Below are positions 1-14,430 of a stretch of DNA of 64,000 nucleotides, one piece after another. A program made the position numbers and the translations under genes. The notes beneath the pieces are model-generated. The model searched no databases, was not told where the DNA came from, and saw only the letters and a program-made list of their open reading frames with translations. How positions within the stretch are numbered: position 1 is the stretch's first letter; each line of letters starts with the position of its first letter. Source of the DNA: Camelus ferus (Eukaryota). Where the stretch lies: contig NC_045697.1 in assembly GCF_009834535.1 (NCBI RefSeq), forward strand, positions 86,182,001 to 86,246,000, written 5' to 3'.

Positions 1-54
1 AGCCAGGTGCAGCAGGAAGAGCTGGGCATCTGATGCTGGAAAAGGCAAATTCCA

Positions 55-215
55 CACCTACCCCATGCTGGCCAGCTCCTGTGACCTTGCCTAAGTGAGT
101 TATTTTTAATAGCTTCAGATGTCTTATCTATGAAATGGAATAATAGTAATACCTACCTCACAGTGTTTCATGAGGTTCAAATGTACAGCAAAGCACTCTG
201 TAAACTGTGAATGAG
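55..215 (+). mobile_element. MIR SINE
   Basis: TGTGACCTTG...TATGAAATGGAATAATAGTAATACCTACCTCACAG core. Confidence 0.7.
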
Positions 216-1374
216 GAAGGGCACTGATATTTGTTGAGGCTGGAATTTTGTGCATCTCATACCATCCTCACGAGAACCCTACGAAGTTTTCTCTCTTTCA
301 TGGATAAAGTGATTTATCCATGTCACTTTCTACTAAGCCTTAAGCCAGAATTTAAATGCAGGTCTAATGGCAACTCTCTTCCTTCCATTACTGCTTCTCG
401 CTTGCTGTATACAGTGAAGTATTATTTGAAATCATGGGATGTCACAGCCAGTCACCGTCTTGCAACCTAATAGCCTGAAGAGTCCACATCCAGGTCAAAG
501 AAGGTTTAAAAGGCCACCTTCTTAAAGGTGCCAAGGTATTACAAATCTCGGAGAGGCACATCTCCTTTAAAAGGTGAGAAAATAAATTGCATTAATTTAG
601 TTTTTTCCCCCAAGCTTCAAATGAGAAAAAAAAATGCACTTTATGGAGGTAAAATCACTATCTTGTGGGCTCCCAGGCTATTACAGCTACAGACCATTTT
701 CACAACCTTAGGCAAAAATTATATTTTAACCCACACACTTGCTCCTATCTGCCTCACTCCCTGTTATTTGAGGTTCTGTCTGTATCCTTCTGTCTCCTAT
801 GCCAATTCTATCTCTGAAAATTAAGTTCATGATAATAAAGTGCTAGCCTGAAACTCATCTTTGTTAAAATCTAGGCATGACTCAACCAGGACAACTCAAG
901 AACAAACCATTCTGGGTTATTTATAAAAGGGGGTATTTATAGTTAATATTTGAGGATGCTCTTAAGCCTGTATCAATGTTATGATATTAGAGCAAAACAG
1001 ATTATTTAGCCCAGTAAAGGGTTTCTACAAATGAGAAGAATAAGGTGGTAGTGAACTACACATACAACCAAGAGGAAAATGTGAGGTTAGAACTATTTAA
1101 CTTTGGAATAACTGTTGAGAAGCATGGAACACACACAAAAAACAAAATGTTTTCTAACAATAACTTTTCTGTTTACTTTTAACAAGTTAGAGAAGTTTTT
1201 TTGTTAGTGTGTTTTTAATTTGGTAGTTTACATGAGATTCTGACCAAAAGCAAGGCATAGACTAAGTGACTTCACTATGAATACATTAAGTATTAGTCTA
1301 TGAAAGACTATGGAATGGACAGTTACTTTCAACATCTTCTAAGTTCACATACAAAAATTATTGAACAAACATCA

Positions 1375-1683
<309 letters not shown>

Positions 1684-2571
1684 TTAAAACTCAATATTCT
1701 AGTAATGGATTCCAGTAGGGCCTTACAATGAACCTTAATTATGCTTTTGAAATAGAAAAGCGGCATATATACATTTATCTGCATATAATCTCTATTGGCC
1801 TACATAGTAGTCTCAGTATCACTTTTATGATACTCATTTAAAAATTTTCTTTTCCATATGCTTCTGTCTATATCCACTGAAATTTAATCAGAATTTCCTG
1901 TCACCCGTCCAAAAATGAAGCAAAAACACAAGAAAAATTCAGGTCAAGGAAAGATGAAAAGATTAATTCCTCCCTCCTTCCTTCCCCCTCTTCTAACGTG
2001 GCATATTCAACAATAGTTCCAGCCAGCCTCCCTCCTCATCTAGACCCACCCGAGCCAGGTTGTGGATACAGCACGTTATACTCCAAGGGCAAACGAAAAA
2101 GAGCAGCATTCAGATGAATTGCACTTTGCTGCTTACCGTGTCTGCCATATGTCACATACGGCACTCAGTGGCCTATTCCTGCCTAGTATCTGCTTTTATC
2201 CTCAGTGCTGCCCCCTGGTGCTGGGCATAACCATTCTAGCTGGCAGGAAGGATGGAGAAGAAATGAAGAGGAGCCTGTACACAGGTGGAAGAAGTTGGCT
2301 CAGTCACTTCACACCGCCCAGGCTGCCATTACCACACCCAAGCAGGTGTTCAGAGAGCGTACCGTTTTCTTGTCTGGGACCTAACTTTGCTTTGGGAACA
2401 CAGTCTTACGTGTTTCTAAAACACAGACAGAAACTCAGTGGACTCAACAAACATCAAAGGACTAAAAAGACCACTAAACCAGAGGATGTAAGGAAAAAAA
2501 AACTTATATACGATGATGAAGAAAGGTACCATACCAAGTCCAATCTAAAGCAAAAAGTAAAGTGACTTTAA

Positions 2572-2728
2572 TTTTTTTTGGCAGGGGGAAGGAGGTAATT
2601 AGGTTTGCTTGTTTGTTTGTTTGTTTAATCTATTTATTTATAATTTTTTTTAATGGAGGCACTGAGGATTGAACCCAGGACCTCATGCATGCTAAGCATG
2701 CACTCTGCCACTGAGCTCTACCCTCCCC
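2572..2728 (-). mobile_element. tRNA-Ala-derived SINE (Vic-1-like, camelid), copy 1
   Basis: Reverse complement has an A box (TAGAGCTCAGTGG), B box GGTTCAATCC, (TAAA/CAAA)n and an ACCTAATTACCTCC tail. Confidence 0.85.
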
Positions 2729-3093
2729 AGTGCCATTTCTAGAATACTAAACATTCTCACTGGATAAAGAATATCATCGATGTTTGCCAGATGTCTGGTG
2801 ATTCCTCTGCCAGGCTGGCTGGCTAACCTAGGAGAGAATAATTTCCCTACAGCCAATGCTGCTTCTAGCCACTAATTGCAAAACTTCAGCAATATACTGA
2901 GAGAATCCAGACTGATGGTAAATTTCTGGGGATTCCTGCTGTGCTCCTAGAAGATCCTGGAAGGTGTATTACTATCAATTCAGATGGAAAACACAGAGAA
3001 AGTTCCAGGTCCTGCTTGGGTATAAGAGACTTTGTTTAAGTGAGCTGGAGATCCACACAGGGCACAAAAGTAGGTGTGCTATTAGAACAAGAA

Positions 3094-3176
3094 TGGGGTG
3101 GGGGTAAGGTATAGCTCAGTGGTAGAGTACTTGCTTAGCATGCATGAGATCCTGGGTTCAATCCCTAGTACCTCCA

Positions 3177-3232
<56 letters not shown>

Positions 3233-3293
3233 AACAAATTACCTCCCACCACCCCCCCAAATCGCACATGTTAACTTAAAGAAAATAAATAAA
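3094..3293 (+). mobile_element. tRNA-Ala-derived SINE (Vic-1-like), copy 2, with a long (TAAA)n tract
   Basis: GGTATAGCTCAGTGGTAGAG...GGTTCAATCCCTAGTACCTCCA followed by (TAAA)n; TSD AGAACAAGA at 3084-3092 and 3294-3302. Confidence 0.9.
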
Positions 3294-3340
3294 AGAACAA
3301 GACAGCAAAGACAGACACCATGGATAGAAAGCAGGTTTAC

Positions 3341-3536
3341 CTCGATTTCTTGATATGAGCTATTAATCATAGCAATGAGCATGTTGAGTAAAACGACCAC
3401 CATAGTTACATTGTATATTCCGTAAAGAACGTATCCAATATTCTCTATGAATTTGTGGTCATATTTGAGCACAACAGAAGTCACTTCGGACAACCCAAAT
3501 ATTGACCAAAACAAAGTCTTGAAACTTTCTTCTACA
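3341..3536 (-). CDS. TRPC3: TRPC3 coding exon 8 (pore helix LFW, selectivity filter, S6), 196 nt
   Basis: Acceptor tcaacag|T, donor GAG|GTAAAC; encodes (T)[34 protein letters not shown]...[13 protein letters not shown]. Confidence 0.97.
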
Positions 3537-6259
3537 CTGTTGAAAGAATAAAGTTCACAGTAAATTAACAGTTTTCAGTATTGAAAAGTCAAAAGTAAAA
3601 AGCAAGGTAGGGTCTGCATACTGTACAGATGTAAAACGCCATCATAAAAATCATCATAATACCCAAAATATAATTATTTTATTATAGTATTTAATAGAAA
3701 TTATTCTCTCAGGTTTTTAGGAACCAGTGATTAAGGGGTTCTGATGCCTAGTTTTTCTGTCAGTTATCAGCAAGTGAAAATTCTCTGAACTTGACAGGGG
3801 AAAGCTGAAGTCACGCCACGATATCCATTTCTTTCTCCTAGAAGGGTGGAAGTTTGGGGTTTGATTTTGTAGGTGTTTCAGAAATTTAAATCAGGTTTTT
3901 GGGAGTAGAGCATGTCGGGATTAAAATTATACATTCACTTCAAGAAAAGTAGGTACAAACATATTCCTTGCAGCATGGCAGTAGGGAAGAATGAAAACTA
4001 CCAAAATATCCATCAATAGAAGAGTGAATAAATAATTCTGCTACATCTATAAATGGATTGCTCTGCAGCCACTGGGGGAAAAATGAGATAGATCTTGTTT
4101 CATCTGTTTATATAAAATAATATCCAAGATATATTAAGGGGAAAAAAATAAGATGTAGCAAGTGTGAAATAGCCTACAATTTGAATAAAAAAGAGGGGTA
4201 CACAAAGACTTATATTCTTGTTGATGCAAAAAATATCCCTGAAAGTATCCCAAAGAAACCATTGCCTCTGGAACCAAGGAGAACTAAGAGACTGGGGTCC
4301 CAGGGTGACCAAGGGAACAGGCTTTTCACTATAGATACCACTGTACGTGAATTTTATGCCACAGGTAACTTTTAGGTTACTTACTTACCTAGAAGTTATA
4401 CTTAAGTGGAATTGAAGTCAACAGAATTAAAGATTCCTATTCTATTCCCTTAATTTATATAATCGACTTCCTGATTCTTCCATCACACCAGTTAGCACTT
4501 AGGCCCTCACCAGACTAATTAGCTACTTTTATCCCTTAAATGAACTGTATCAACCGAATTTGGCTGGTATTTGTCATACAACCAAGTGGTAATCACTGAT
4601 CTGTGAACCATAAGAATAATCTTTAAGTTAATTACACATGGAGAATTCCATTACAAAGGAGGGTTCAAAAGTAAGCCCTTTTTTTCAAAGAAAAATTTAT
4701 GAAACAGTACTTTTATTGATTTGTTATAACAGATTCTAAATAATAATTCTATAGATTTATAGGTTTTAAGACTATTTTATTAATTTATTCATTCAACAAA
4801 TATTAACGGAGTACCTATTATGTTCTAGAAACTGTGAGAGCCCTGGGGATGGAGGACTGACTAGGAAGGTTCCTATTCCTGTTCCTGTTCCTGTGGAGCT
4901 CCTCTCTGTTACGACACATTTGATGGTGTGGCTATAGCATGGATGCTAAAAGAAGACTAAGAAAAATTGTAGCCTCTTTGCTCCTACCATTCATTTAACA
5001 GTATCACAAAATTCTCCCACTCTTTCTTCTTGCTCTTTTGCAAACCTTCCTGCCTCTGACTTTGGGAATATAAACTCCTGAGCAATCTGTATGTGTGGGG
5101 AGACTGGGATTGTTAAAAAGGAGAGGACACTGGCTGTTCCTGAGCTCCCACTGTGGGCAACAGGCTTTATATAAATTACCTTACATAATTCTCACAAGGA
5201 CCAGATCCAAACCTTATTGTGCTTATTTTATCTTTGTTTTGTTTTGTTTCATTGCACTTATTTTAAAAACAAAGAAACTAATGCTGAGAAATGTTAAGTA
5301 ACTTAACCGAAGACCACAGCCGGAAAATGGCAGATACTGCATTCACATCCAGGTCTGCCTGACTTTCCAGCCCCTGTTCCTTTCCCCTGCATCACGTTGC
5401 CGTGTCCTCACACAAAGCAGCGAGGACAACATAGAGTGTAAAATGAGTTCTCACAGAGGTCAAAGGGGTGCTATTGCGTGCAGGGTTTCTCAGTGCCTTC
5501 CCCATTGGGTTCAAACAGAATTGTTTTTCATTACAATAAAGTAAGTCTCAGTTCTCTTTCACCCCTATCATCTGCTCTGTATTAACTATTTGAAAAAAAA
5601 TTCATTTCAAGACAATTTAGATGCCTGGAAGGGCTTGATACTCTATTTCAGTCTATACAGAACTTATAGACGGTCTAGTTTGTTGCCAGCTGTGGCTTTC
5701 CAGGGTACAGATGGTACAGAGGGAGGCAGGGGCCCTTCTGATCCCCTCACCTGGTGGGGGACTACAGTACAGACCCGCCTGCCTCCCTACCACTAAACAG
5801 CAATGGGTGAGAGAGAATCTCCATCTGAATGTGTCCATGCTGACAGAACTCAAAAGGACGACGACTAAGGAAGCTTAATCAAGAAAGACTTCATGGGGAA
5901 GGTGAGTCCCCAGGCAGACGCCAGGATGACCAAAGGAAGGAAGTGGTGTTACTGTTATAGTGGACTGACAACATTTAGCTATAACTTCTTCTTCCTCAAC
6001 TCCCTGTACTGACTGATGATACATTAAAACAAAAGTCGATGCTTCTTTTTGGAAATAATAGTAATGTCTACAAAATGATGAAACTAAATTTAATGTGACA
6101 CATAATGCCATCCAGTCTTACAAATTTGTTACCCAATTGTCTTAAAATAGACAGTTTTGTCTAGGATTTTATGAAATTTTGATCCATTATGTGGTCGAGC
6201 ATTCACTCAACTCAACAAGATGAACCTTTGGAGCAGTGTAATCACAGACAAGCACTAAC

Positions 6260-6988
6260 TTTTTTTTTTTTAAGGTTTTCTCCATTTCTTTACTTTTTTT
6301 TGAGGTATAGTTGATGTACACTACTATATAAGTTTCAGGTGTACAACATAAGGTTATATTCCATTTACAGTTATTCTAAAATATTGGCATATTCCCTGTG
6401 TTGTATAATATCTCCTTGTAGTTCATTTATTTTATACATAGTAGTTTGTACCTCTTTCCTCTACCTCTATCTTTCTCCTCCCCACTTCCCCCCACTCTGG
6501 TGACCCTAGTTCTCTATATCTGTAAGTCTGCTTCTTTTTTGCTATACTCATTGGTTTTTTTGTATTTCTTAGATTTCACATATAAGTGATATACAGTATT
6601 TGTCTTTCTCTGCCTGAATTACTTCACTTAGTATGATAATGTCTAGGTCCATCCATGTTGCTGCAGATGGCAACATTTTTTTTAAGGCTGAGTAGTAATC
6701 CATTGGATACATATACCACATCTTCTTTATCCATTCATCTGTTGATGGACACTTAGGTTGCTTCCATATCTTGGCAATTGTAAATAATACTGCTATGAAC
6801 ATTGGGGTGCATGCATCTTTGTGAATTATTTTTGTTTTTTTCAGATATATATACCCAGGAGTGGCATTGCTGGGTCATAAGGTAGTTCTGTCTTTAGTTT
6901 TTTGAGAAACTTCCATACCAATTTACATTCCCACTAGCAGTGTAGGAGGGTTCCCTTTTCTCCACATCCTCACCAACATTGGTTATTT
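6260..6988 (-). mobile_element. 5'-truncated L1 (ORF2 C-terminus, 3'UTR, poly-A) in intron 7
   Basis: ORF 6569-6802 reads MFIAVLFTIAKIWKQPKCPSTDEWIKKMWY, typical of the L1 ORF2 end; poly-T at 6260; imperfect TSD AAGCACT..CTTT. Confidence 0.9.
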
Positions 6989-7122
6989 GAAGCACTGCTT
7001 TTAATGGATTTTTTCTGCTCTTAAAAATATCTTTATTACAATCATTGAATAATTTTTTCTGCTTCACCTAAACTTGTTAGAATTTCCCTTTATCATATCT
7101 TTTTTGTAAGATGTTTTACTTA

Positions 7123-7425
<303 letters not shown>

Positions 7426-9539
7426 CTATTCATTGCTAACTATGCCAAATCCCTTAAATAGGATCTATCTTGTAAGTAGGTGGTTATTATCTCAGTTGAA
7501 ACTACTCTACATTTAATTAACTGTCCAGTCACTATTTTTCATGTTAAACCAGAAACATGAATTCTACACTCATACGGTTTCTTTTAATGGAGGAAACGCT
7601 ATTATAAAGATGTGAAGCTGACTTTGCATTGAGCAGAAACAGAATAAAGCACAAAAGATGAAGAAAGAGGTTAAAATGCTTCATTAGACACAGACTGTGT
7701 CCAGGATGACAAAACAACTGACTTGACTCATTTGTCCCCTCGGTTACCAAGTTTATTGACCAGGTATTTTATCATCCTACAGGCTCATTTAGCACAAAAC
7801 TTCTTTTCCATATTTCGTGGGGAAACTTGTCCATCTAACAGTTCATGCAAGTAAACTGCCATATTACAAGAAGTGAGAATGTCACTGAATCACACTGGTG
7901 CTGTGTCAATGCAATGTCTGAGCAATATAGCTGGTTCCTGGAAGGTTTAAAATGCTACTGAGGTACAAAATTCTTGGAGACAGATTCCAAATGAGGACCC
8001 CAAAATATCCTTTTCAAGGTCACTTAGTCAGTTCACAGTAGACTATTGGATACTCACTTCCTTGGAAGATCAATGGAACACCACATGGTTAATTTTGTGC
8101 AAACTAGGTCACTCCCAGAAGGACAGATGCATTGTAGACATTTACAACAATAACAAAAATGTACATTTATTGAATGTTGAACATGTATCAGACACTGTGC
8201 TTTCAATGACCCTATGGACCCGAGGTTATTATTCTCTTTTCAGAGATGCAGAAATCAAGACTTAGAAAGGTTAAAAACTCAATCAAAATCATAACAAGGA
8301 GTGAAGGCCAAATTCACAGATTTCCCTCCAGATGATAGTCATTAGACACACATGAGAAAATTTAAATAAACAGCTATTGAAACAGTCAAGATGCGTGTTA
8401 CACAAAAATACAATCTAATCTAATTCCTTCATTAGAAATGGTAATCATTTATTCATTTGATCTGGCCTGCTTGGTATATAAAAATCTTTGCTTGCTGACA
8501 ATAAGAGATAACGTGTGTAAATTTCACAATGTATGAAATGCATATCTTTATTTTATCTATTTATTTATTTGTTTGTTTGTTTGTTTATAACTCCTTTCTT
8601 GTGGTATGGTTCCTGTAAACTACACATATTTTAGATAAATGTACATCTTCATTTTAGAGCAGGCACCCAACCTTATTCAATAACGTTAACATGCTGCTTG
8701 TACTTATCCCAATGTAAGCCTTAATTACACTTACGAAAGAGTTATTCTTCACAATCATAACACATTTAAACTCTATGTCTGAGTTTCCTTACCTTTAAAA
8801 TGAAGGTTAGATAATAAGTGCTAAAGTCTTTTCCAGGTTTAAAGATGTTGCAACTATATGAAAATTTGCTAACAGCAGCTCCCTAATTTGACCTCAAGGG
8901 GTGGCTAACATTGCTTAACATCAGTTTGTGCCGAGCAAGGAAAGCATCTGTATCACTGCACACTGGACATCACTGGTGTCTCCCTGCTCTTCATGATCTA
9001 GGGAAGTTCAGCATGAACTCCATTCCACGTCATGTTGAGGAGGAGTAAACATCCTCCCCAGCATTTCTGGCCGTTCTGCAAAGTTTACATTCTCACTGTC
9101 ACTTTAGCTCCTACTTCCTGCCTCTGCTGAATTTTTGTTCACTGCACCGGTATAGCAGCTCAGCATCTTTTATTATTTTATCTCCTCCAACTCAGGCCCT
9201 CAGGGACTTATCTTCCACATTAAGCAGTTTATCAAGCCATCTTCCCCCCTAATTAAGACAATTTCATGTCCTAAGAATACATGAGCAATTATGCTGTTAG
9301 GCTTAAAGGTAATTTTCTCCCATCTTGCAAAAACCTTCTTTTTATAGATATGAAAATTGAGGCACAGAGAAGTAAGTTAATTTGAACAAAGTCACACAGC
9401 AAGGGAGAGGCAGTGCCTTAACATGAATACAGTTTTATAGAGCTCTAAAGCTCATGCTTTCTCCACTGTCTCTACACATTCAACACATATCTCATACTAA
9501 ACATACTTGCATAGCTTTTTAAATGGTCCTTTCCTTGTG

Positions 9540-9685
9540 TTATTTTTATTTATTTATTTTTTGTTTGTTTGTGGGGTTTATTTGGGGGGGAGTAGATAAT
9601 TGGGTTTATTTATTTTTAGTGGAGGTACTGGGGATTGAACCTAGTGTTAAGCACGCACTATACCACTGAGCTATATATGCCCCCC
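9540..9685 (-). mobile_element. tRNA-Ala-derived SINE (Vic-1-like), copy 3, with an internal deletion
   Basis: A and B boxes and tail are recognisable; the segment between the anticodon arm and B box is shortened. Confidence 0.8.
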
Positions 9686-9774
9686 TAAACATTCTCTTTA
9701 TTGGCATTTCCTTCCAAAATGTAGTTCCAGTACCCTTCCTGAGACATAAGAGAATTCTGCATCTGACAACTTAC

Positions 9775-10008
9775 CATAAGTGAAATACTGTATCTCTGGT
9801 GGAAGTGTAACTTCGCTGAGGTCGCTCTCTTGGACATAACTGTCCACATACTGCTGTGCTTTCGTTGCCTGAAGGAAAGCCAGGAATCTGGCCGTGAAAG
9901 CAGCGATGAAGATGGAGAGCATCCCAAAGTCCAGCACGTTCCACAACTGCAAAATGTACTCCCTGGGTCCTTCTAGCCAGAGCTCCTTACACTCGGACCA
10001 CATCATGC
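9775..10008 (-). CDS. TRPC3: TRPC3 coding exon 6 (S2-S3), 234 nt
   Basis: Acceptor gtgacag|GC, donor ATG|GTAAGT; encodes (G)MMWSECKELWLEGPREYILQLWNVLDFGML...EIQYFTY. Confidence 0.97.
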
Positions 10009-11370
10009 CTGTCACAAGATACACAGGTTCCAGAGGAGATTTTACAGCTTAGGCTGAGAGGCTATTATTTCATGCACCATCAGTCCCCATCTATAAAATG
10101 CCCCAAATGTAAAGCATGCCCCTAGGTACCCGAAAGCACTGCTGACCACAGCTCACGGAGGTGCTGGGCAGAGTTAAATGGAAGAAGCAGCTTCAGCTCC
10201 ACCATGTTAGATTTTGGTGAAATATAGTTCCACACGTGACACCAGAAACGATGCTACATTTATAGGGGATGTGGCAGGAAGGAGGGAAGGAAATAAACAA
10301 GAAAGGCTCCTCATGTCAAATGACTTTTGGAGGAGAAGAGAAAATTCATCTTTATAAAATCACAATGGTTAATTATCAAATCATGGTGATTATTGGAGAA
10401 ATAAGCCCATAATTGAGAAACTCACTGTAGACTTTTAACAAGAACAGTTTCCCAATCACTCAGGAGCACTCACCTCATTCCCCTACCCTCTCCTCATTTC
10501 AGCTTCACGCTGAAAAGGTGAGGAATATCAATGAAAAAAGAAGAAACCCTTAAGCAGGAGGCCCTAGGACATTATGAAGAAACTGAAAGCAGAAAATGCC
10601 ATTCTAGGGGAAGAGGACAAAATAGTCCAATTCAATAACTTGTCCTGACTACGTAAGGGAAAAGTATTGTAGAATTTTTTAAAGATACGTAAATGGCTTA
10701 AAATAAAATTCATAAAATAATTACTTGGCCCAGGTTGAGGCCACAGGAGCAAATGAGCAGGAGAAACAATCTGTTAATTCAGGAACTGAGAAGATACCAA
10801 GAAACACGCTGGGTGAAATAGATACAAGATATGAAATGACTTTGGATTAATGATCAATAGATAAACTGGTTCCAATCTCCATTTTTTTCTCACATTGCTT
10901 AAACTTTTTACCTTAACATAGCTATTCAAAATGGGCTATTGTGAGGTGAGGTAATAAACATTTTGAAAATGGAAGTTCTCCTTAAAAAACCTCTGAAACT
11001 AAAGCAATAAATGTTCTTTGATCATCAGTTAATTGCCACTGGGTTATTTCAGAAGTATTTCGATTAAATATTTGATCATTACAGTGAGTCACATTAAAAA
11101 GACTGCATTTTACTCAATACTTGAAATTAGATTTCTGAAATGTGGTATACTTCTAGTTAGGCTCATGCTACTTATAAAAATTTTACTTAGTGTTAAGGGA
11201 TACTGTTTAGCATTATCAAGCTCCCAAATGATTCAATTATTTTGCTATTCTGCTTATCTTATAATGGTGATATTGTCACCACATAATGTACAGTAGCATT
11301 TTAAACAGAAAATGGCAGTCATTATAGAGACATTATTTTTGTTAGAAATAAGAATACTTAAAAGGCTTAC

Positions 11371-11587
11371 CAAGGACCCAGACCATAATTAACATTTCAG
11401 TCCACGTGAACTGGGTGGTTTTGACCCTGAAGATCTGTTTGGGATAGTCAATAACAGTGATATTTGGCAGCGTGCTGATGCCTTCGAATCTGTCTGAGGC
11501 ATTGAACACAAGCAGGCCCAGGAAGATGATGAAAGAAGCAGCATGTGCCACAAACTTCATAAAAGGGCTTCGCAGAATTTTCCCCAG
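11371..11587 (-). CDS. TRPC3: TRPC3 coding exon 5 (S1-S2), 217 nt
   Basis: Acceptor tctcag|CTG, donor TTG|GTAAGC; encodes [19 protein letters not shown]...[11 protein letters not shown]...MLIMVWVL, including the extracellular NIT glycosylation sequon. Confidence 0.97.
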
Positions 11588-14265
11588 CTGAGATAAGGCC
11601 AAAAACAAACAAACAAAAAGGAAACTTTTACTTCAGAAAATCTGGCTTCCGCTTATGAAAATTACTATACAGGTTAAAAAAAAAAGGTGAAATGAGAATA
11701 CTTTTTCAAAATTCTGCTTCCATTTCTGAAGAGTTATGCATTGTGAAAATTACTCCTTTTAGGGGCTGTGTCCTCCAAAAACGATTTAAGAAGTCTTCAA
11801 ACTTCATTGTCTCTAAATATCTAGTTTGTCTTAGGCTATACATAATCACAGATGCATTTCTGGAAATCACAAGGCATATAATGTTATTCTTATTTTATAT
11901 GAAAGACTATGCAATGTCAAGGTTTTTAGAGTCTAGGAATAGACACTCCAAATTTGTAATGTGTAATTCTTTGTAGCTGAAATGTTATGATGACTTGCGT
12001 CCTCATTCATTTATAATTGAAATGTTTTGATGCGTTTCTAGCACATTACAAACGCTTTAAAGACGAAAAAAAGCTTAACTACCACAGAAGAAAAATTTTC
12101 TTCTCATTTCTAAATATTCCATAGTCGATTTGTACTTTGTATGATATAAAAGGCAGAAAATACTATAATCAAGATAAATACCTGTTACTACCCAATAACA
12201 ACAGAGAGATACACAATAACTAAAACCTCTAAATAGGTTAACTTAATTAAAAGTCATCCCTGGGTCTGAAAAATCATATGAATAGTAGAAAAGCATTTTT
12301 AAAGTTCAGTTTATAATGATTTTAAGGTAACTCTTTTAAAATCCCACATGATATAAGGGGATTAAAAGCCCTATGTTCTAGTAGAAAGGAAAAACAAATC
12401 CTCCCGTTGCAAGGGCTTCTGCAGTCCAAGAATTAGTATATTTAACAGATTTAACAAGTTCTCTATTCTGCATACTCAGACCCTACTTTCAAACTTAGTC
12501 TGTGACCTTAAAAATTACCAAGGTTCACATTTAAAAGACTGTAACTTCAAACAAATGTTTTTGTATGTCCAGAAGCTTAATTTGATGTCAACAAATAGCC
12601 AAAGAATGTCCAGCATTTCTGGGACTGGACATGAATGCACACAGACAAATGTCACATTTTCCATATTAGACACAGAAAAATAAACCACACATTTACATAT
12701 CACTGTTCTGTTCCACAGCTGCACAGAGGGCACATTGGGTCAGCTCATTCATAGTACATAGTGATTTCTTGGGAGTTGCAAGTCTCTTCTCCTAAAGGTT
12801 GATCTTTGAAAATGTTAGATAACATTAAAAAAAAGAGCAGCATGCCTATCTTAAAACTGGGATACAGGTGGAAAATTCTTGCTATGTTGTCTGTTCAGCA
12901 AGGATGAGTGGTGTATGGCAGGTTAAAAAAAAATGACTCAATTCCCTCCTTTCCCTTCTCTGCGGGGCAGAGTTCATCACACCATTAGCTACACAAAGTG
13001 AAGAGGAAAAAGAATGACCTTCAAGATGCCTACTTCAGACCTGATGTTTTACCTGAGAAAGCTGCCCTAAAAGACAAACACATATAAACATAAATTTTCC
13101 AATGTATTCCCCCCAAAAGGGGAAATTATTTGGGTGGGTTATGATTTTTGCTTTAACGTGTGCTCTCTCCTTATTTAGTTTCCAGTTTTTAGTGTTTACG
13201 TATTAGTGGACTCTTAGGGTACTTTTCCATGATATATAACAAAGGAACTTAGTTGAGTCATCAAAATTGATCAAAATGACAAACTTTCTGCCTTAAACTG
13301 CATGGGCAGCTCAACGAGGAAGTGAGATGGATGAATATTCTCACGCGTATATGGGCCTGCGGAACAGGACTCTGCGGGGGCTGGCAGCTGCGCCAGAGAG
13401 ATGGCAGATTTCCAGGGTCATTTCTGAGTGGCCTTGACTCACTTTGCCTGAAACTGTCTCTGATTTAAACAAAACCAGATTTCAGAATATGAAAACAGGA
13501 TTAAAGGATCTCAGAACAGCGTCTTCTCCCTGGCAGTGCCCTTTAGTAACCTCCTCCAGATTCTGTTAGCGTGAGTTCTGCTCTTTCCACATTGTGCTCA
13601 GACACAATTAAGTTGACTGTATACTGGCAAAGTTGAGAGCGGGATAAAGGTAGTGACCAAAATGATTCAAGCAAAACTGAACAGATAAACAATTTTAAAA
13701 ATCCAAAGCCCCAGACCCCAATTCTACATTTTTAGAATCTTCTGAAGGAACAAAGGGCTAGGGGAACCTGACATGAGCTTTCTTGAAGAATTTGGATAAT
13801 ATCACCGTTCACAACTGTGCTTAATATTCTCAGCCTTGGATCTCCTTCCAGGTTCTACCGAGCTGCCTTTTCAGTTCTCAGGTTAACTGTTTCTTGGAAC
13901 AACTGCAGTAGGGCTGCTCCCCTTCCGCAGGCCAGCCCAGTGGACTCTCTGTTAAGCTGGCAATGGAATCAGCACAAGTGCTACTTCACTTAAGCAGCTT
14001 TTCCTCCTGCCTACCATGGGGATTTTATCTTAAAAGCTTAAGTATGATATGCCTGCAAATATGATCTATCCCACTAGGACCAAATCCTTTTTCATCCCTT
14101 ATTTGGATTGATCCAGTCATTAAAAAGCAGAATTCGTGTTCTTGAGTCAATTAACATTCAGAGTAAAACTGATAAAGGCCCTTAAGTAGGAAGCTTTTTC
14201 CCTTTTCATCCTCAAAGGACACGGTACGCCAACCACAGAGGAAATGGGGGTGGAAAAGCCTGTAC

Positions 14266-14430
14266 CCTGCTGCAAGGTGCGATCCAGTAGCCGATGGCAA
14301 GGAAGGGAAGGCCCAAGGCCACGACCAGCACCACCAGACACTTGATAGCTACAGTCTGTTCCCGCAGGCCTGAGAGGTTCTCGTACCAGATTGTCAAGAG
14401 CTGCTGCTGGCAGTTGGGGTGAGCCACAAA
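14266..14430 (-). CDS. TRPC3: TRPC3 coding exon 4, 165 nt
   Basis: Acceptor is a (CT)n tract followed by ccaacag|TTT; donor AGG|GTACAG; encodes [25 protein letters not shown]...YWIAPCSR (pre-S1 region). Confidence 0.97.

Noticed and set aside
2062..2565. 167-aa plus-strand ORF in intron 8
   Set aside because: GTG start, no homology recognised, no splice or promoter support.
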